Counted from the first letter of the stretch, positions 9,464-19,410 are shown. The stretch: DNA of 64,000 nt from Pseudomonadota bacterium (GCA_918234285.1 CAKJXZ020000014.1:20777-84776); one strand, 5' to 3'. Program-made: numbers and translations. Notes: generated by a model not told the origin, from the sequence alone.

Positions 9464-10820
9464 GATTACGGATACGATAGAAATCCATGACGGTGTAGCG
9501 CTGATGATCGGGCGGCACGATGATGCCTACGGTCCGAATATTACGCCGCGCGGCGCGATGTTTGCTTATGCCATGGGCAAATACGGAGCGGAATATTTCA
9601 GAATCGATCCGCCGGAGATGATTGTGCATTCGCCGGTATCGCGGGCACGTAATACGGCATTGATGCACCGTAACACCATGATTTTCAACGAGATGGGTAA
9701 TCCGGAAATGTCGACGGATATGCGCCTGCATGAAAAAGCCGGTGGTGAGATGATGTGTCTGGCGGCGGAAGAGGCCATTCGCTATGCAGGGAATATGGGT
9801 TATAAAACCGTTGAAATTATCACTCACTCCGATTCTCCTTTCAGTATTGCCCAACATTTCGGCGGTTATAACAGCAGCGGCTTAAGCTACGGCGGTATGG
9901 TAGTGCTTAAAGCCGACAACTGGGATGATATGCTGAACAAAAAAACATACGGACAGTCATTTGTTAACAGTTCGCAAGAATTGGCGCGCGTAGTTTTGGG
10001 TAATTTGGCGGTTGATGTACTCAATGTTATGAGCATGCCGGATAATTCGTCGTATGTGGATGCATTACACAGAAATGAAGAAGCGCGAGAAATTTGGCGA
10101 AAAGCCGGCATACAAGATTATTTCGGACTTGAGCAAAAGCTTAATGCGATTATTCAGGCCAAAGCAAAAGAATCGCCGGAATGGCTTATAAAGGCGCTTA
10201 ATGGCGAAGAAGTCGAATCGGTGGTGGCGCCGGATGAGTTTATGCAAATGTATGATGCCTATAAATATTGGCTGCAAAATATGGCACTGGCAGTCGGAAT
10301 TAATCCGTGCGAATCGACCGACAGTCGGTTGTATGATGAAAACGGTAAATTCAGATATATTTGGGGCAGCACGCAATCCAAAATGATGGACAAACTGGGG
10401 GGACTTAATAGGCGGGTGCGTACGCTTTCGGCGGCACTTTCCGATGATGACCAAGATTATCTGTACCCGATTTTGAATGCGGCAGTACAAAAAATGGAAG
10501 GCAAACGCTATACGGAGCGCAAGGCCAGAGTGGCCGGGCATGCCGGCAGTATCGGTCTTAATGTTCCGGGATATACCGATATGATGCAGCCGGAGAAGTT
10601 CAGCCCGGAATTTGATTCGGGTAAGAAGGATTCTTATAAGAGGGAAGAAACCGAGGACCATCCGCTGTTGCACGCCTTGTTGGCGGCCAGAATGCGGGCG
10701 GTGGCACGTAAAGAAGCGGCAGAAAAGGCGGAGGCGCAAAGAAGCGCTCCGACACCGAGCGGAAACGCTCCGTCGGCGGCGGATATTGCTTTGAATAAAG
10801 GCGGCAACGACGGGAAATAA
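9456..10820 (+). CDS. Histidine-phosphatase (SixA/PGM-like) N-terminal domain fused to unknown helical region
   Basis: LMIGRHD, HSPVSRARNTA, RLHE and IITHS match the RHG / SPxxRAxxTA / LxE / vxH signature. Confidence 0.7.
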   Translation: MVKITDTIEIHDGVALMIGRHDDAYGPNITPRGAMFAYAMGKYGAEYFRIDPPEMIVHSPVSRARNTALMHRNTMIFNEMGNPEMSTDMRLHEKAGGEMMCLAAEEAIRYAGNMGYKTVEIITHSDSPFSIAQHFGGYNSSGLSYGGMVVLKADNWDDMLNKKTYGQSFVNSSQELARVVLGNLAVDVLNVMSMPDNSSYVDALHRNEEAREIWRKAGIQDYFGLEQKLNAIIQAKAKESPEWLIKALNGEEVESVVAPDEFMQMYDAYKYWLQNMALAVGINPCESTDSRLYDENGKFRYIWGSTQSKMMDKLGGLNRRVRTLSAALSDDDQDYLYPILNAAVQKMEGKRYTERKARVAGHAGSIGLNVPGYTDMMQPEKFSPEFDSGKKDSYKREETEDHPLLHALLAARMRAVARKEAAEKAEAQRSAPTPSGNAPSAADIALNKGGNDGK

Positions 10821-10845
10821 TATTATATAGATAAGGAGAACGGTA

Positions 10846-13800
10846 ATGGCCGAGCACAAGTGTATTGAATTGAACGAAAAACTCACAGAAGACGGGCTCT
10901 TTAATTTTTACACCTTGTATGATATAGATGATGAAGAATTCGGCTATCTGAAGAAAGATAAATTCTATTTGGATGCGGCCAAGAAGACCTTTGATATAGC
11001 CAATTATGCCGAGAGAGAAGACCCGGCCGATGAAGTTGCCTTATTGAAAACAGCCAGGTGGAAGCCGGAGAAAGAGGATGACGGTCATGCCATTTCCGAA
11101 TTGTTTGATGCCGAAAGTATTCTGCGCGAATCGGTTAAGCGCGACGGCGGTAAGAATTTCACCAAACTTCTTAAAGAGGAAATGGAACATGATAATTATC
11201 TCCCTGTCGAATATTTAGAATATTTGGCTCAGCATGAATTTGCCGCCGAAATATTGGCCGCAAATCCGGATATTGTTGCTGCCGCAAAAGAATCGTTCAA
11301 TGTTTATAATTGCGGTTTCAGGGCTAATTATGCTGTATTTGAAACCAGCATGAAAAACTATGCGGAGAAACTCGAAAAAATTGCCGACAGTGAGGTGTTT
11401 AAGCCGTATTTTGACGCGCGACGACAAATAGAAGAATCGCAAAAATTAGATAGAAACGATGCTTGGGCGAAGGGATTGGCGGCATCGGAGAAAAGATTGT
11501 CTTTCATTCAATTGGAAATTTATTTTAATGAAATTGTTAAGGCTTTACCGACGCATCCGGAGTTAATTCCGTTGGTGGCCAACAGTCTTAATGTTAAGCG
11601 CAGTGACTATCCTTCTGATTGGCATTACGACAGCGACTTTGAATCCGCCAAGGAAGAAGCCAAAAAATTAAGAGAATCCGGCAAGTTGACCTATGAATGC
11701 TATGTGGCCGCCATGAAAGCCGATAAGCTGGAATATGCCGAGTTTAAGGACCGCGAGGAAATCATCAAAACATATTTGCAGCAAAAGGATTTGAATATCT
11801 TTGAACTCAAAAATTGTCTGGAGATTAACAGTCAAATTACCGAGGAATTTATCCGCAGCGTTCCGGAAATTCGCGAGCGGGTGGAAAAGTTGTTTGAGAA
11901 TCCGCGCAATTATAAAGTGCAGGAGCAATTTAACGATTCACCGACGCTCAATAAGTTTTTTAATGTGTCGGAAAAGTTGGCTGTTGCCGAAAAGAATTTG
12001 CGCAAGATGAGCGGCGGCGAAGTGTTTGATATTTTAACGCAAAGCGTAAATGATATCCCGGAAGCGCGCGAGGCGAAGCGACAAATGCTGATGCTGCAGA
12101 AATATTTCAACCAAACGAAAGGTTTGAGCGAATACAGCCCGGGGGCGGATTTGTATAATTCCTATTATAATGACGGCAAACGCTGGGGGAGTTTGAATCC
12201 GCTGCTTAACGATGTCGGCACTTATAAATGTTCGCCGGAAATGGCCGCGGTTTTGGAAGAGCGTATTGCCCGCATATTTGCCCATCATAACTATCACGAC
12301 ATACCGCGCCATGTGGCCAGATACAGCTTTATAAGCGGTGCCGGAATGGAGCATTTTGCCAAAGAGATGACAAAGGCACTGATTAAAAATCCGGATTCTT
12401 ATCAATCCAAGTTTTATTTGAAATATTCGCAATATGTGTTGAATCAATGGCAGCAATTCAAGAGCTCTTACGGAGATATGGCGACGAAGGTGGTACCGGA
12501 GATGATTAAAAGAGGGCGCCTCGACATTTCTGAAAAGATTTTGTACGATATGAACACGGCAAGAGGCAGAATAAAGGAATGGACGTCGGAAAATATGAGA
12601 AAAGAGCTGAAGAAAGACGTCAACTCGCCGGTTTCCAAGTATTATCTGGAGCGAATCGAATCATACTTCCCAAGTACCGAAACTTTGGCCGAGGTGGTCG
12701 CGGATTTTGTGGCCGCGGATAAAGGTAAGCATTTGCCGGAAACCGAAAGATTGTGCAAGGCGCTGCTGAAGTTATATAATCATAAAGGCATCATGAAAGA
12801 AAATGCTTTAGAATTTGAAAACAGCTTACTTGATATCTATCAGCACCATAAAGATGCCGACATAGCCGATATGTTAGAAAAGAACAGTAAAGACATTGAA
12901 ATCAAAGAAGACAAGAGTAAGCAGCTGTTCGAGTATTATGAAAAATGGCAACATATCGGTTTGAAGGGCTTCGAAAATGTTGTCGATAAGATTTTGGCCG
13001 AGACCAAGGAGCTGCATTTGAGCGATGCGGCAAAACATGGCAAAAATATAGATTTTACCGCACTGCACGAGAAATTTAAAACGGCCGGGATTGAGGAAAT
13101 CGAGTGTGACTGCAAAGTATCCGAATTGAAGCAGTTGATGCAAGGACATCCGCATTTGAGAAAAATTACCATAAGCTCGAAGGCGGGATTGGATGACATA
13201 CCGGAAATAATCGCCGGTTGTCCGAATTTGGAAGAAATACGACATTATACTGACGGAAAACACAGCAAGCAGGACACACAGAAGTTATATGAGTATCTGA
13301 TGACAAGCCGACCGGAAAGATTATTTGACGTTGACTATACATTCACATATGAACAAGCCCGAAATCTGATGGAAAAATATCTGACGCTGACGGTGGAAGT
13401 CAAATACGGCGAGAGTAAAGAATATGAGGCGCTGATGGAGTTACGCAAACGCAATGAGCATATTCGAGAGATTTTTCGCGGTTATAATATGGATGGCGAT
13501 GAGGCAAAAATTACCGATGACAAAACACTTAAAAAGGTGATTCAAAGCAAAGGTTTGGCGGAGTGTCTGGAGATTATACCGGAAGAAAGACGTCCGAGTT
13601 TTGAGAAGCTATGCAGTTCGATGGACGGTTTCCATGACGCGGTTAAGAAAAGTTACGGCAACGCGTATAGCAAAGTTATTGCCAAAGTTGCAGGTTTGAC
13701 CGGTGCCGTCGATTTCAAAAACGAGATAGAATTGCGGCAGGCAATCGCCAAAGATAAGGTTATGGAATTTTTGAACGGATTTGCCGATGATAAGCGACCG

Positions 13801-14079
13801 AACGTTAAGTTGCTGAACGGACATCAGGTTGACGACGCTACGCCGTTTGAGAACTTGGCCAAGAAAAAGAAAAACCGGGTGGAATTGGCGGCGGTAATTG
13901 AAGCCTTTAGGCCGAGCGATAATGATTTGGACGCTTTGGCGGCCGGTAGCACTGCCAAATCAACTTTGCGCGGGGTGGTTGAATATGTTAAATCAGAGCG
14001 GCAGGAAAAAGTCCGGAAAGAAAAGGAAAAAGCCAGGTTTGCACAGTGGAAGGCCAAAAATATTCGTGACGATAAATAA
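10846..14079 (+). CDS. Large hypothetical helical protein with short LRR-like segment (paralogue A)
   Basis: 1077-aa ORF with SD; alignable with next ORF; HPHLRKITI..CPNLEEI LRR-like strands. Confidence 0.8.
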   Translation: MAEHKCIELNEKLTEDGLFNFYTLYDIDDEEFGYLKKDKFYLDAAKKTFDIANYAEREDPADEVALLKTARWKPEKEDDGHAISELFDAESILRESVKRDGGKNFTKLLKEEMEHDNYLPVEYLEYLAQHEFAAEILAANPDIVAAAKESFNVYNCGFRANYAVFETSMKNYAEKLEKIADSEVFKPYFDARRQIEESQKLDRNDAWAKGLAASEKRLSFIQLEIYFNEIVKALPTHPELIPLVANSLNVKRSDYPSDWHYDSDFESAKEEAKKLRESGKLTYECYVAAMKADKLEYAEFKDREEIIKTYLQQKDLNIFELKNCLEINSQITEEFIRSVPEIRERVEKLFENPRNYKVQEQFNDSPTLNKFFNVSEKLAVAEKNLRKMSGGEVFDILTQSVNDIPEAREAKRQMLMLQKYFNQTKGLSEYSPGADLYNSYYNDGKRWGSLNPLLNDVGTYKCSPEMAAVLEERIARIFAHHNYHDIPRHVARYSFISGAGMEHFAKEMTKALIKNPDSYQSKFYLKYSQYVLNQWQQFKSSYGDMATKVVPEMIKRGRLDISEKILYDMNTARGRIKEWTSENMRKELKKDVNSPVSKYYLERIESYFPSTETLAEVVADFVAADKGKHLPETERLCKALLKLYNHKGIMKENALEFENSLLDIYQHHKDADIADMLEKNSKDIEIKEDKSKQLFEYYEKWQHIGLKGFENVVDKILAETKELHLSDAAKHGKNIDFTALHEKFKTAGIEEIECDCKVSELKQLMQGHPHLRKITISSKAGLDDIPEIIAGCPNLEEIRHYTDGKHSKQDTQKLYEYLMTSRPERLFDVDYTFTYEQARNLMEKYLTLTVEVKYGESKEYEALMELRKRNEHIREIFRGYNMDGDEAKITDDKTLKKVIQSKGLAECLEIIPEERRPSFEKLCSSMDGFHDAVKKSYGNAYSKVIAKVAGLTGAVDFKNEIELRQAIAKDKVMEFLNGFADDKRPNVKLLNGHQVDDATPFENLAKKKKNRVELAAVIEAFRPSDNDLDALAAGSTAKSTLRGVVEYVKSERQEKVRKEKEKARFAQWKAKNIRDDK

Positions 14080-14091
14080 GGAGTGCGTAAC

Positions 14092-17000
14092 ATGGATAAT
14101 TATAAATTATGGAAAAAATTAAAAGATCAGGCGGCAAAACAAGGGTATGTCGATTATATCGGCTTTCTGCATCTTGATACCGACTTTATTAATGAAAAAT
14201 TGCCGAAAGATGCGCAGATGTTGGAGGTAGTTAAGAAAACTGTCGATATTGCCACCTATGATGATACGGAAGAAGGTGTTGATGAATGCCACTTATTAAG
14301 TATGGTAGAAATTGCCAAGAAATTTTGCAATGCCGAGGAAATTTTTAACGAATCGTTGCAAAAAGACGGCGGTAAAAATTTGGAAAAACAGTTGCGCCGT
14401 GGGGCAAAAGCACAAGGCGGCTCTTCCGGTTTTTTATACGATATGATGTACTATATAGGAGATAATCCGTTTTTTGATAAGGTATTGGCGGAGAATCCGG
14501 ATATAGTCGAAGGTTTGAAAAAGTATTTTGATGTAACCATGAGCGGGTTGACGGGTGATAAAAAATTAGATGACGAGCTGGAAGAAGATTATATTAGTTC
14601 GGTTATCAAGATTGCCGACAGCGGAAAATTGGCGCCGTATTTTGACGCATATGCGATAATGAACGCTACAATGGAATTAAACGAAAAAGAGAAGTTTTTG
14701 CGTCGTATGCAAAATTCAGCCGCTAGACATGACGGAAAGTTGACGCCGGGAATACTTAAAAAACGTATAGATGAAATTTTGAAAGCATTGCCGGAGCATC
14801 CGGAGATTCTGCCGATAATTGAAAAGAGCTTTGTTTTGGACAGTAAGGAGAAGCGTAGAGAAAGATACAAATACACCGACGACGATTCTGCATATGAGTA
14901 TGTAAATGAATCATATGAAGCAGATGAAACAGCGCTCGCAACAATTTGGGAACGCGGGTTGCTGAATGAGTTCTTCAACGTTGAAAAAGCGTTGGAACAC
15001 GGCAAACTCGGCGGCAAAGAGGGTTTGGCTTATGATGATAAGGAACGAATTGTCAATTTATATTTGCAGCGCGACGATTTGAACATATATCAGTTGCGAG
15101 CCTGTCTGGCAATTAGCCGAAGCGCGACGGAATGGGCGATTCACGACCATCCGGAAATCAAAGAGCGTGTCAATAAAATGCTGGAAGGTGCTCAATCGTA
15201 TAAGTTGTTGCAGAGCTTTGCCGACGATGCTACCCTGAATAAGTTTTTTGATATGAAAGAAAGATTCGAGCGCTCGGCCGAGGCGGTGCAACAGCTGAGC
15301 GGCAAGGAAGTATATACGATTTTTACCACGCCGGAAAGCGAAATTCCGGAAGCGGCGGAGATGAATCGGCAATACCGGATAATTAAAAAATATCTCGAAC
15401 AAACCAAGGATTTGAGTAATTACAGTTTTAATGACGATTTGTGTTACACCAGTTTTCGTAAAGACGAACGTTGGGTCGAAGACGGCGGGCTGAACGAGCT
15501 TTTGCAAGATGCCGGCACCTTTAAGGGAGCGCCGGAAATAACGCAAATGGTCGATGAATGTATCGGTCGGATTTTCGCTCACTATATCTATGATACTCAG
15601 GGCAGAAAATCGCGGTTTAACTATATAAGTACGTGCGGAATTGATGAGTTTGCCAAGAACATGAAAGAAGAAGTAACAGCCGACCCGGATTCGCCTAAAG
15701 CGCAATTTTATTTGAAGTATGCCTCGATAGTATTGGACCAGTACACTTCGTTCGACCGTACGTATATTGAGACGGCTGCGGTTTTGCTGCCGGAAATGGC
15801 AGAAAGAGGTCGGTTTGACGTTTGCAAACAAATCTTTATGGGGATGAAACAGGCGGACGGATATTACAGCGGTGCCAACACCTGGTGTTTGGAAAATATG
15901 CAAAAAGTGCTGTCGTCCGCGGAAACCGAAAAGCCGCTGTTTAAGTTTTATTTGCAAAATGCCAAAGAATTTTGTTCGACAATCGACCAATATTTGGAAT
16001 TTGCCGCGGTACTCGTCGGCAAAGATATGAATGCGCATCCGGAAATCACCGCTCAATTGGGCAAGGAAATCGGCGAGATGTATAAAGAAATGACGCCGGA
16101 AAATCCGCAAAAATGTGCCGATAAACTGGCGCGTATTTATCAATATTATCCGGCGCCGGAATTTGCCGAGATTATTGCCGAGGACAGCAAACCTTTGGAA
16201 CTGAAGGAAGAAAATTTGTGCACGTACTACACCAATTGGATATGTACCGGTCAGCAGAATTTTTCGGACGCGGTGGAACGTATCCTGGCCAGACAGGGAA
16301 AGTTTGTTTATGATCCGCAGGACGGTATTGATTATAAGCCGTTGTTGGAGCGGATTAAGCAGTCCGATATTAAGGAAATAGTAGTGCGTAAGCTGTTGCC
16401 GTCGCAAGATACCGATTTTGCCCTGAGCGGTTATAAAAAGCTGGAAAAGATAAATTTCGGTGATTGCGTGGGTGTAATCAATGCCGAGGCGCTGTTTGAT
16501 AATCCATCCTTGAAGATAATTGAAAAAGAATACGACGGGAAGATTACCGTTAATAATCTGGAAAAGCTGTTTGGTGATGCTTTGCCGAGTTTGGAGGAGT
16601 TCAAACTGCGGCCGACGGTTATACCGGAGCAGGAAGAAGCATTATATAATCTTTTGATGCAGCAAAAACCGGAGAGCTTGCACACGTTATGTTATGACTT
16701 TGCTAAAGAAAAAGCCATGAATCTGATGTACAAAAATATACTGTTGGTGGTGAACAGCCAAAATATGGATACCTATCGTGATTCTCTGATATCGCGCAAC
16801 GAGCAGTTTATCAGCTTCCATAAAGGTGAGAGGTCGTTGGAGCAACGCTATGTACTGGATTACGCGATTAGTGACAAAAGATTGGTCGAAGCTTTGTCTG
16901 TCATACCGCCGGAAAAACGGCCGACGTTGCAACAGATGGAGGAAACGTTTGACTCCGAAAATCCGAACAAACTGCATGAGCGTATCAAAGAGAGTTACGG

Positions 17001-17442
17001 CGAAGACCGGTATCAGGAGGTTATACAACAAGTGAGGAATTTGACGGCCGGCAATGAAGTTAAATTGAGTCTTGATTTGCAACTGGCTTGTCGCAACCAC
17101 GTGTTCATCGAACATCTGCGGGAGCTGCCGGCGGAGAAGCGGCCGAAGCTTTCCGAACTGTTTGCAGCCGTTAACTCGCAAATTATCAATGGTACTATTG
17201 CCGATAATTTGCTCGGAGAAGACGGGAAGGCCAACCGAGAAACCTGGCAGCGAATCATTGATATATTGAAGCCGAGCGACGAAGAAATCATTAATACGAC
17301 CAAGATGAAAAAATGTTCCGCAGAAATGAAGGAAATACTTGACAGTGTGCGTACGTTGCGCAAAGATCTCAAAGAGATGGTCGTAAAAGAAAAGCGACGT
17401 TCCGCTTTCGAAAGTTGGAAGAAAAACAATACAAAAGATTAG
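14092..17442 (+). CDS. Large hypothetical helical protein with LRR-like segment (paralogue B)
   Basis: SD AAGGAG before ATG 14092; shared blocks with paralogue A (DGGKN, KALPxHPE, DLNIxxL, TLNKFF, RIFAH, FYLKY). Confidence 0.8.
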   Translation: MDNYKLWKKLKDQAAKQGYVDYIGFLHLDTDFINEKLPKDAQMLEVVKKTVDIATYDDTEEGVDECHLLSMVEIAKKFCNAEEIFNESLQKDGGKNLEKQLRRGAKAQGGSSGFLYDMMYYIGDNPFFDKVLAENPDIVEGLKKYFDVTMSGLTGDKKLDDELEEDYISSVIKIADSGKLAPYFDAYAIMNATMELNEKEKFLRRMQNSAARHDGKLTPGILKKRIDEILKALPEHPEILPIIEKSFVLDSKEKRRERYKYTDDDSAYEYVNESYEADETALATIWERGLLNEFFNVEKALEHGKLGGKEGLAYDDKERIVNLYLQRDDLNIYQLRACLAISRSATEWAIHDHPEIKERVNKMLEGAQSYKLLQSFADDATLNKFFDMKERFERSAEAVQQLSGKEVYTIFTTPESEIPEAAEMNRQYRIIKKYLEQTKDLSNYSFNDDLCYTSFRKDERWVEDGGLNELLQDAGTFKGAPEITQMVDECIGRIFAHYIYDTQGRKSRFNYISTCGIDEFAKNMKEEVTADPDSPKAQFYLKYASIVLDQYTSFDRTYIETAAVLLPEMAERGRFDVCKQIFMGMKQADGYYSGANTWCLENMQKVLSSAETEKPLFKFYLQNAKEFCSTIDQYLEFAAVLVGKDMNAHPEITAQLGKEIGEMYKEMTPENPQKCADKLARIYQYYPAPEFAEIIAEDSKPLELKEENLCTYYTNWICTGQQNFSDAVERILARQGKFVYDPQDGIDYKPLLERIKQSDIKEIVVRKLLPSQDTDFALSGYKKLEKINFGDCVGVINAEALFDNPSLKIIEKEYDGKITVNNLEKLFGDALPSLEEFKLRPTVIPEQEEALYNLLMQQKPESLHTLCYDFAKEKAMNLMYKNILLVVNSQNMDTYRDSLISRNEQFISFHKGERSLEQRYVLDYAISDKRLVEALSVIPPEKRPTLQQMEETFDSENPNKLHERIKESYGEDRYQEVIQQVRNLTAGNEVKLSLDLQLACRNHVFIEHLRELPAEKRPKLSELFAAVNSQIINGTIADNLLGEDGKANRETWQRIIDILKPSDEEIINTTKMKKCSAEMKEILDSVRTLRKDLKEMVVKEKRRSAFESWKKNNTKD

Positions 17443-17464
17443 AAATTATTCGGGAAGGTAAACA

Positions 17465-18577
17465 ATGGATTTGAGAGTATATTATAACAGTTACGGGCAA
17501 AGGGTGCCTTTGGGAGTTTTATCTGACCGTGATGAGAGATATATTTTTGAGTACGATGCCGGGTTCGAATACAGAGAAATCGATGTGTGTCCGTTGTTTC
17601 CGTCAGCCGAGGTGCTAAAGATAAAAGGCACTAGAAATATGTTGCCGTGTTTGTTTTGGGACTTTTTGCCGTCGGGGTTTAATGCCGAAGTTTTGTATAA
17701 ATTGAGTTCAGCGACAATTCCGCTTTTGAAACAGCTGGCAATGCACGGCCGACGCGGTGTCGGCGCATTGGAGTTTGAGCCGGAACTGGCTTATAATTAC
17801 GAAAAAATACCGGTTGATTTGGATATGATGGAAAGCGATATCCGTTATGAAAACAATTTGAGCCGGCAGTTTCGTTTGTCCGCAGGTATTGCCGGGCATA
17901 CGCCGAAAGTCGCGGTCAGAGTTTCAAAGGATAAGCAACAAATTTATGAAGATACCGACGAAGAAAATTTTGCCGATTGGATAATAAAATTGCCGTCGTC
18001 GCGGAAAAATCCGCTGGACGGGGTGGCCGAGTATGTTTATAATAAAATGGCAAAAAAGGCCGGTATTACCGTGCCGCAGTTTCATCTGTTTGATTCAAAA
18101 GCGGCGGCCGGATATTTCGGCAGCAAGCGTTTTGACTATCAAAACGGCGTAAAGCGCCATGTTCTTTCCATCGGCTCGCTGATGAACAAAAACTATTTGT
18201 TTGAAAGAATTTACCTCGGTTATTATACGGATATTGTTAAAAAAATCGCGCCGGAAGAAATAGAAAAATTGCTGAGATTACTGATATTTGATTTGAAGAC
18301 CGGCAATGAAGATATTCGCGGCAGGGGGATTTCCATGATTTTGACCGAAGAAAATAAGTGGATTTTGGCGCCGGCTTATGGTTTGGTGCCGTTCTCTTTG
18401 GAAAATGATTATACCCCAAAAATGCTGAAGAAAGATTACGAAAAAGATGCCGTCGATGCGCTTATTTATGATTTGTGCGAAGCGGCGGAATTTGACTTTG
18501 GTGCAACCGCCGAAATGATTGTACAGGTTGAGGACGCGGTGGCCAGTTATTCTCGTCTGAGTTTGGAACTTAAATAA
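17465..18577 (+). CDS. HipA-family kinase-like protein with degenerate catalytic motifs
   Basis: HipA N-terminal block (YIFEYD, FWDFLPSGF, GVGALEFEP), GxxPK loop, WIIKLP, FGSKRFD; GNEDIRGRG and LAPAYG replace GNxDxHxKN and LxPxYD. Confidence 0.85.
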   Translation: MDLRVYYNSYGQRVPLGVLSDRDERYIFEYDAGFEYREIDVCPLFPSAEVLKIKGTRNMLPCLFWDFLPSGFNAEVLYKLSSATIPLLKQLAMHGRRGVGALEFEPELAYNYEKIPVDLDMMESDIRYENNLSRQFRLSAGIAGHTPKVAVRVSKDKQQIYEDTDEENFADWIIKLPSSRKNPLDGVAEYVYNKMAKKAGITVPQFHLFDSKAAAGYFGSKRFDYQNGVKRHVLSIGSLMNKNYLFERIYLGYYTDIVKKIAPEEIEKLLRLLIFDLKTGNEDIRGRGISMILTEENKWILAPAYGLVPFSLENDYTPKMLKKDYEKDAVDALIYDLCEAAEFDFGATAEMIVQVEDAVASYSRLSLELK

Positions 18578-18646
18578 ATTATATCTGTTTATCAAGATGT
18601 TATGTACCGCCGGAAGAGGATCCTTGTCGGTAAAGGCAAAAATATC

Positions 18647-18674
18647 TTGACATTTTTATTTTTGGAATTATCGT
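18647..18674 (+). promoter_or_regulatory. Promoter of NAD salvage operon
   Basis: TTGACA-16 nt-TATCGT, which would place the start site near the first hairpin at about 18681. Confidence 0.55.
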
Positions 18675-18679
18675 AGAAT

Positions 18680-18793
18680 TGTTCTCGGTGCTTGCAGGGC
18701 TTATAGGCAGAGAACATTATAAAACCGAGCCGGTTTAATGAGATGAAAGTATTTTTATTTTGTTAGCGGCTCCTGTTTAAAGGAGTTTTTTTT
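18680..18793 (+). promoter_or_regulatory. Candidate riboswitch/cis-regulatory RNA, copy 1
   Basis: Hairpin with CAGGGCTTA loop; GAGCC(G) can pair with the loop or with CGGCTC; GGCTCCT/AGGAGTT hairpin plus T run covers the SD. Confidence 0.65.
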
Positions 18794-19336
18794 ATGAGTA
18801 AATATAAGTATAAACACGGTTTTTGCATTATGCGTGCCCAGCCGTTTCATATCGGGCACCAAAAAATCATTGATCAGATGTTGAAAGAATGTGAGCGCGT
18901 AACGGTGGCTCTGGGGTCGATTCAGGAACAAGGGACGGCGCGTAACCCGCTCAATTATACTACCCGCAAGAAAATGATTCAGAATATTTATCGCGACAAG
19001 CCGGAATACGAGCGGCTCAAAATCATCGGGCTGTTTGATATCAATAATCCGGCAGAGTGGGGAGATTTTGTGGTTGATTTCTTGAAAGAAAGTTTTCCGG
19101 ATTTACCGTTGCCTGAGGCCTATTATGCCGGTTCGGAATATGACGCGCACTGGTTTAAAGACCATTTCAAACATATTGTGTTGGTAGATCGTACCGATCC
19201 GAATTTTCCGTTTGTGACAGGGACTATGGTGCGTGATATGATTAAATTCGGCGACAAGCGTTGGAAAAATTTTGTGGCGCCGGAAAATCATCATCTGGTG
19301 GAAGAACATTTTAATAAGAAAAAAGGTATTGTTTAA
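18794..19336 (+). CDS. nadM: NadM-like nicotinamide/nicotinate mononucleotide adenylyltransferase
   Basis: RAQPFHIGH, LGS...RNPL...RKKMI, VTGTMVR; first gene of NAD salvage operon. Confidence 0.8.
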   Translation: MSKYKYKHGFCIMRAQPFHIGHQKIIDQMLKECERVTVALGSIQEQGTARNPLNYTTRKKMIQNIYRDKPEYERLKIIGLFDINNPAEWGDFVVDFLKESFPDLPLPEAYYAGSEYDAHWFKDHFKHIVLVDRTDPNFPFVTGTMVRDMIKFGDKRWKNFVAPENHHLVEEHFNKKKGIV

Positions 19337-19343
19337 TTTTACG

Positions 19344-19410
19344 CGTCTGCGTCTTGCGCAGGGCTTATGCAAGACAGACGATTTTAACCTGATAAGCCTG
19401 AAGGGAAGGA
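19344..19410 (+). promoter_or_regulatory. Candidate riboswitch/cis-regulatory RNA, copy 2
   Basis: CGTCT-GC-GTCTTGCG-[CAGGGCTTA]-TGCAAGAC-AGACG, then ATTTTAACC and TAAGCC complementary to the loop, next to the SD. Confidence 0.65.
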
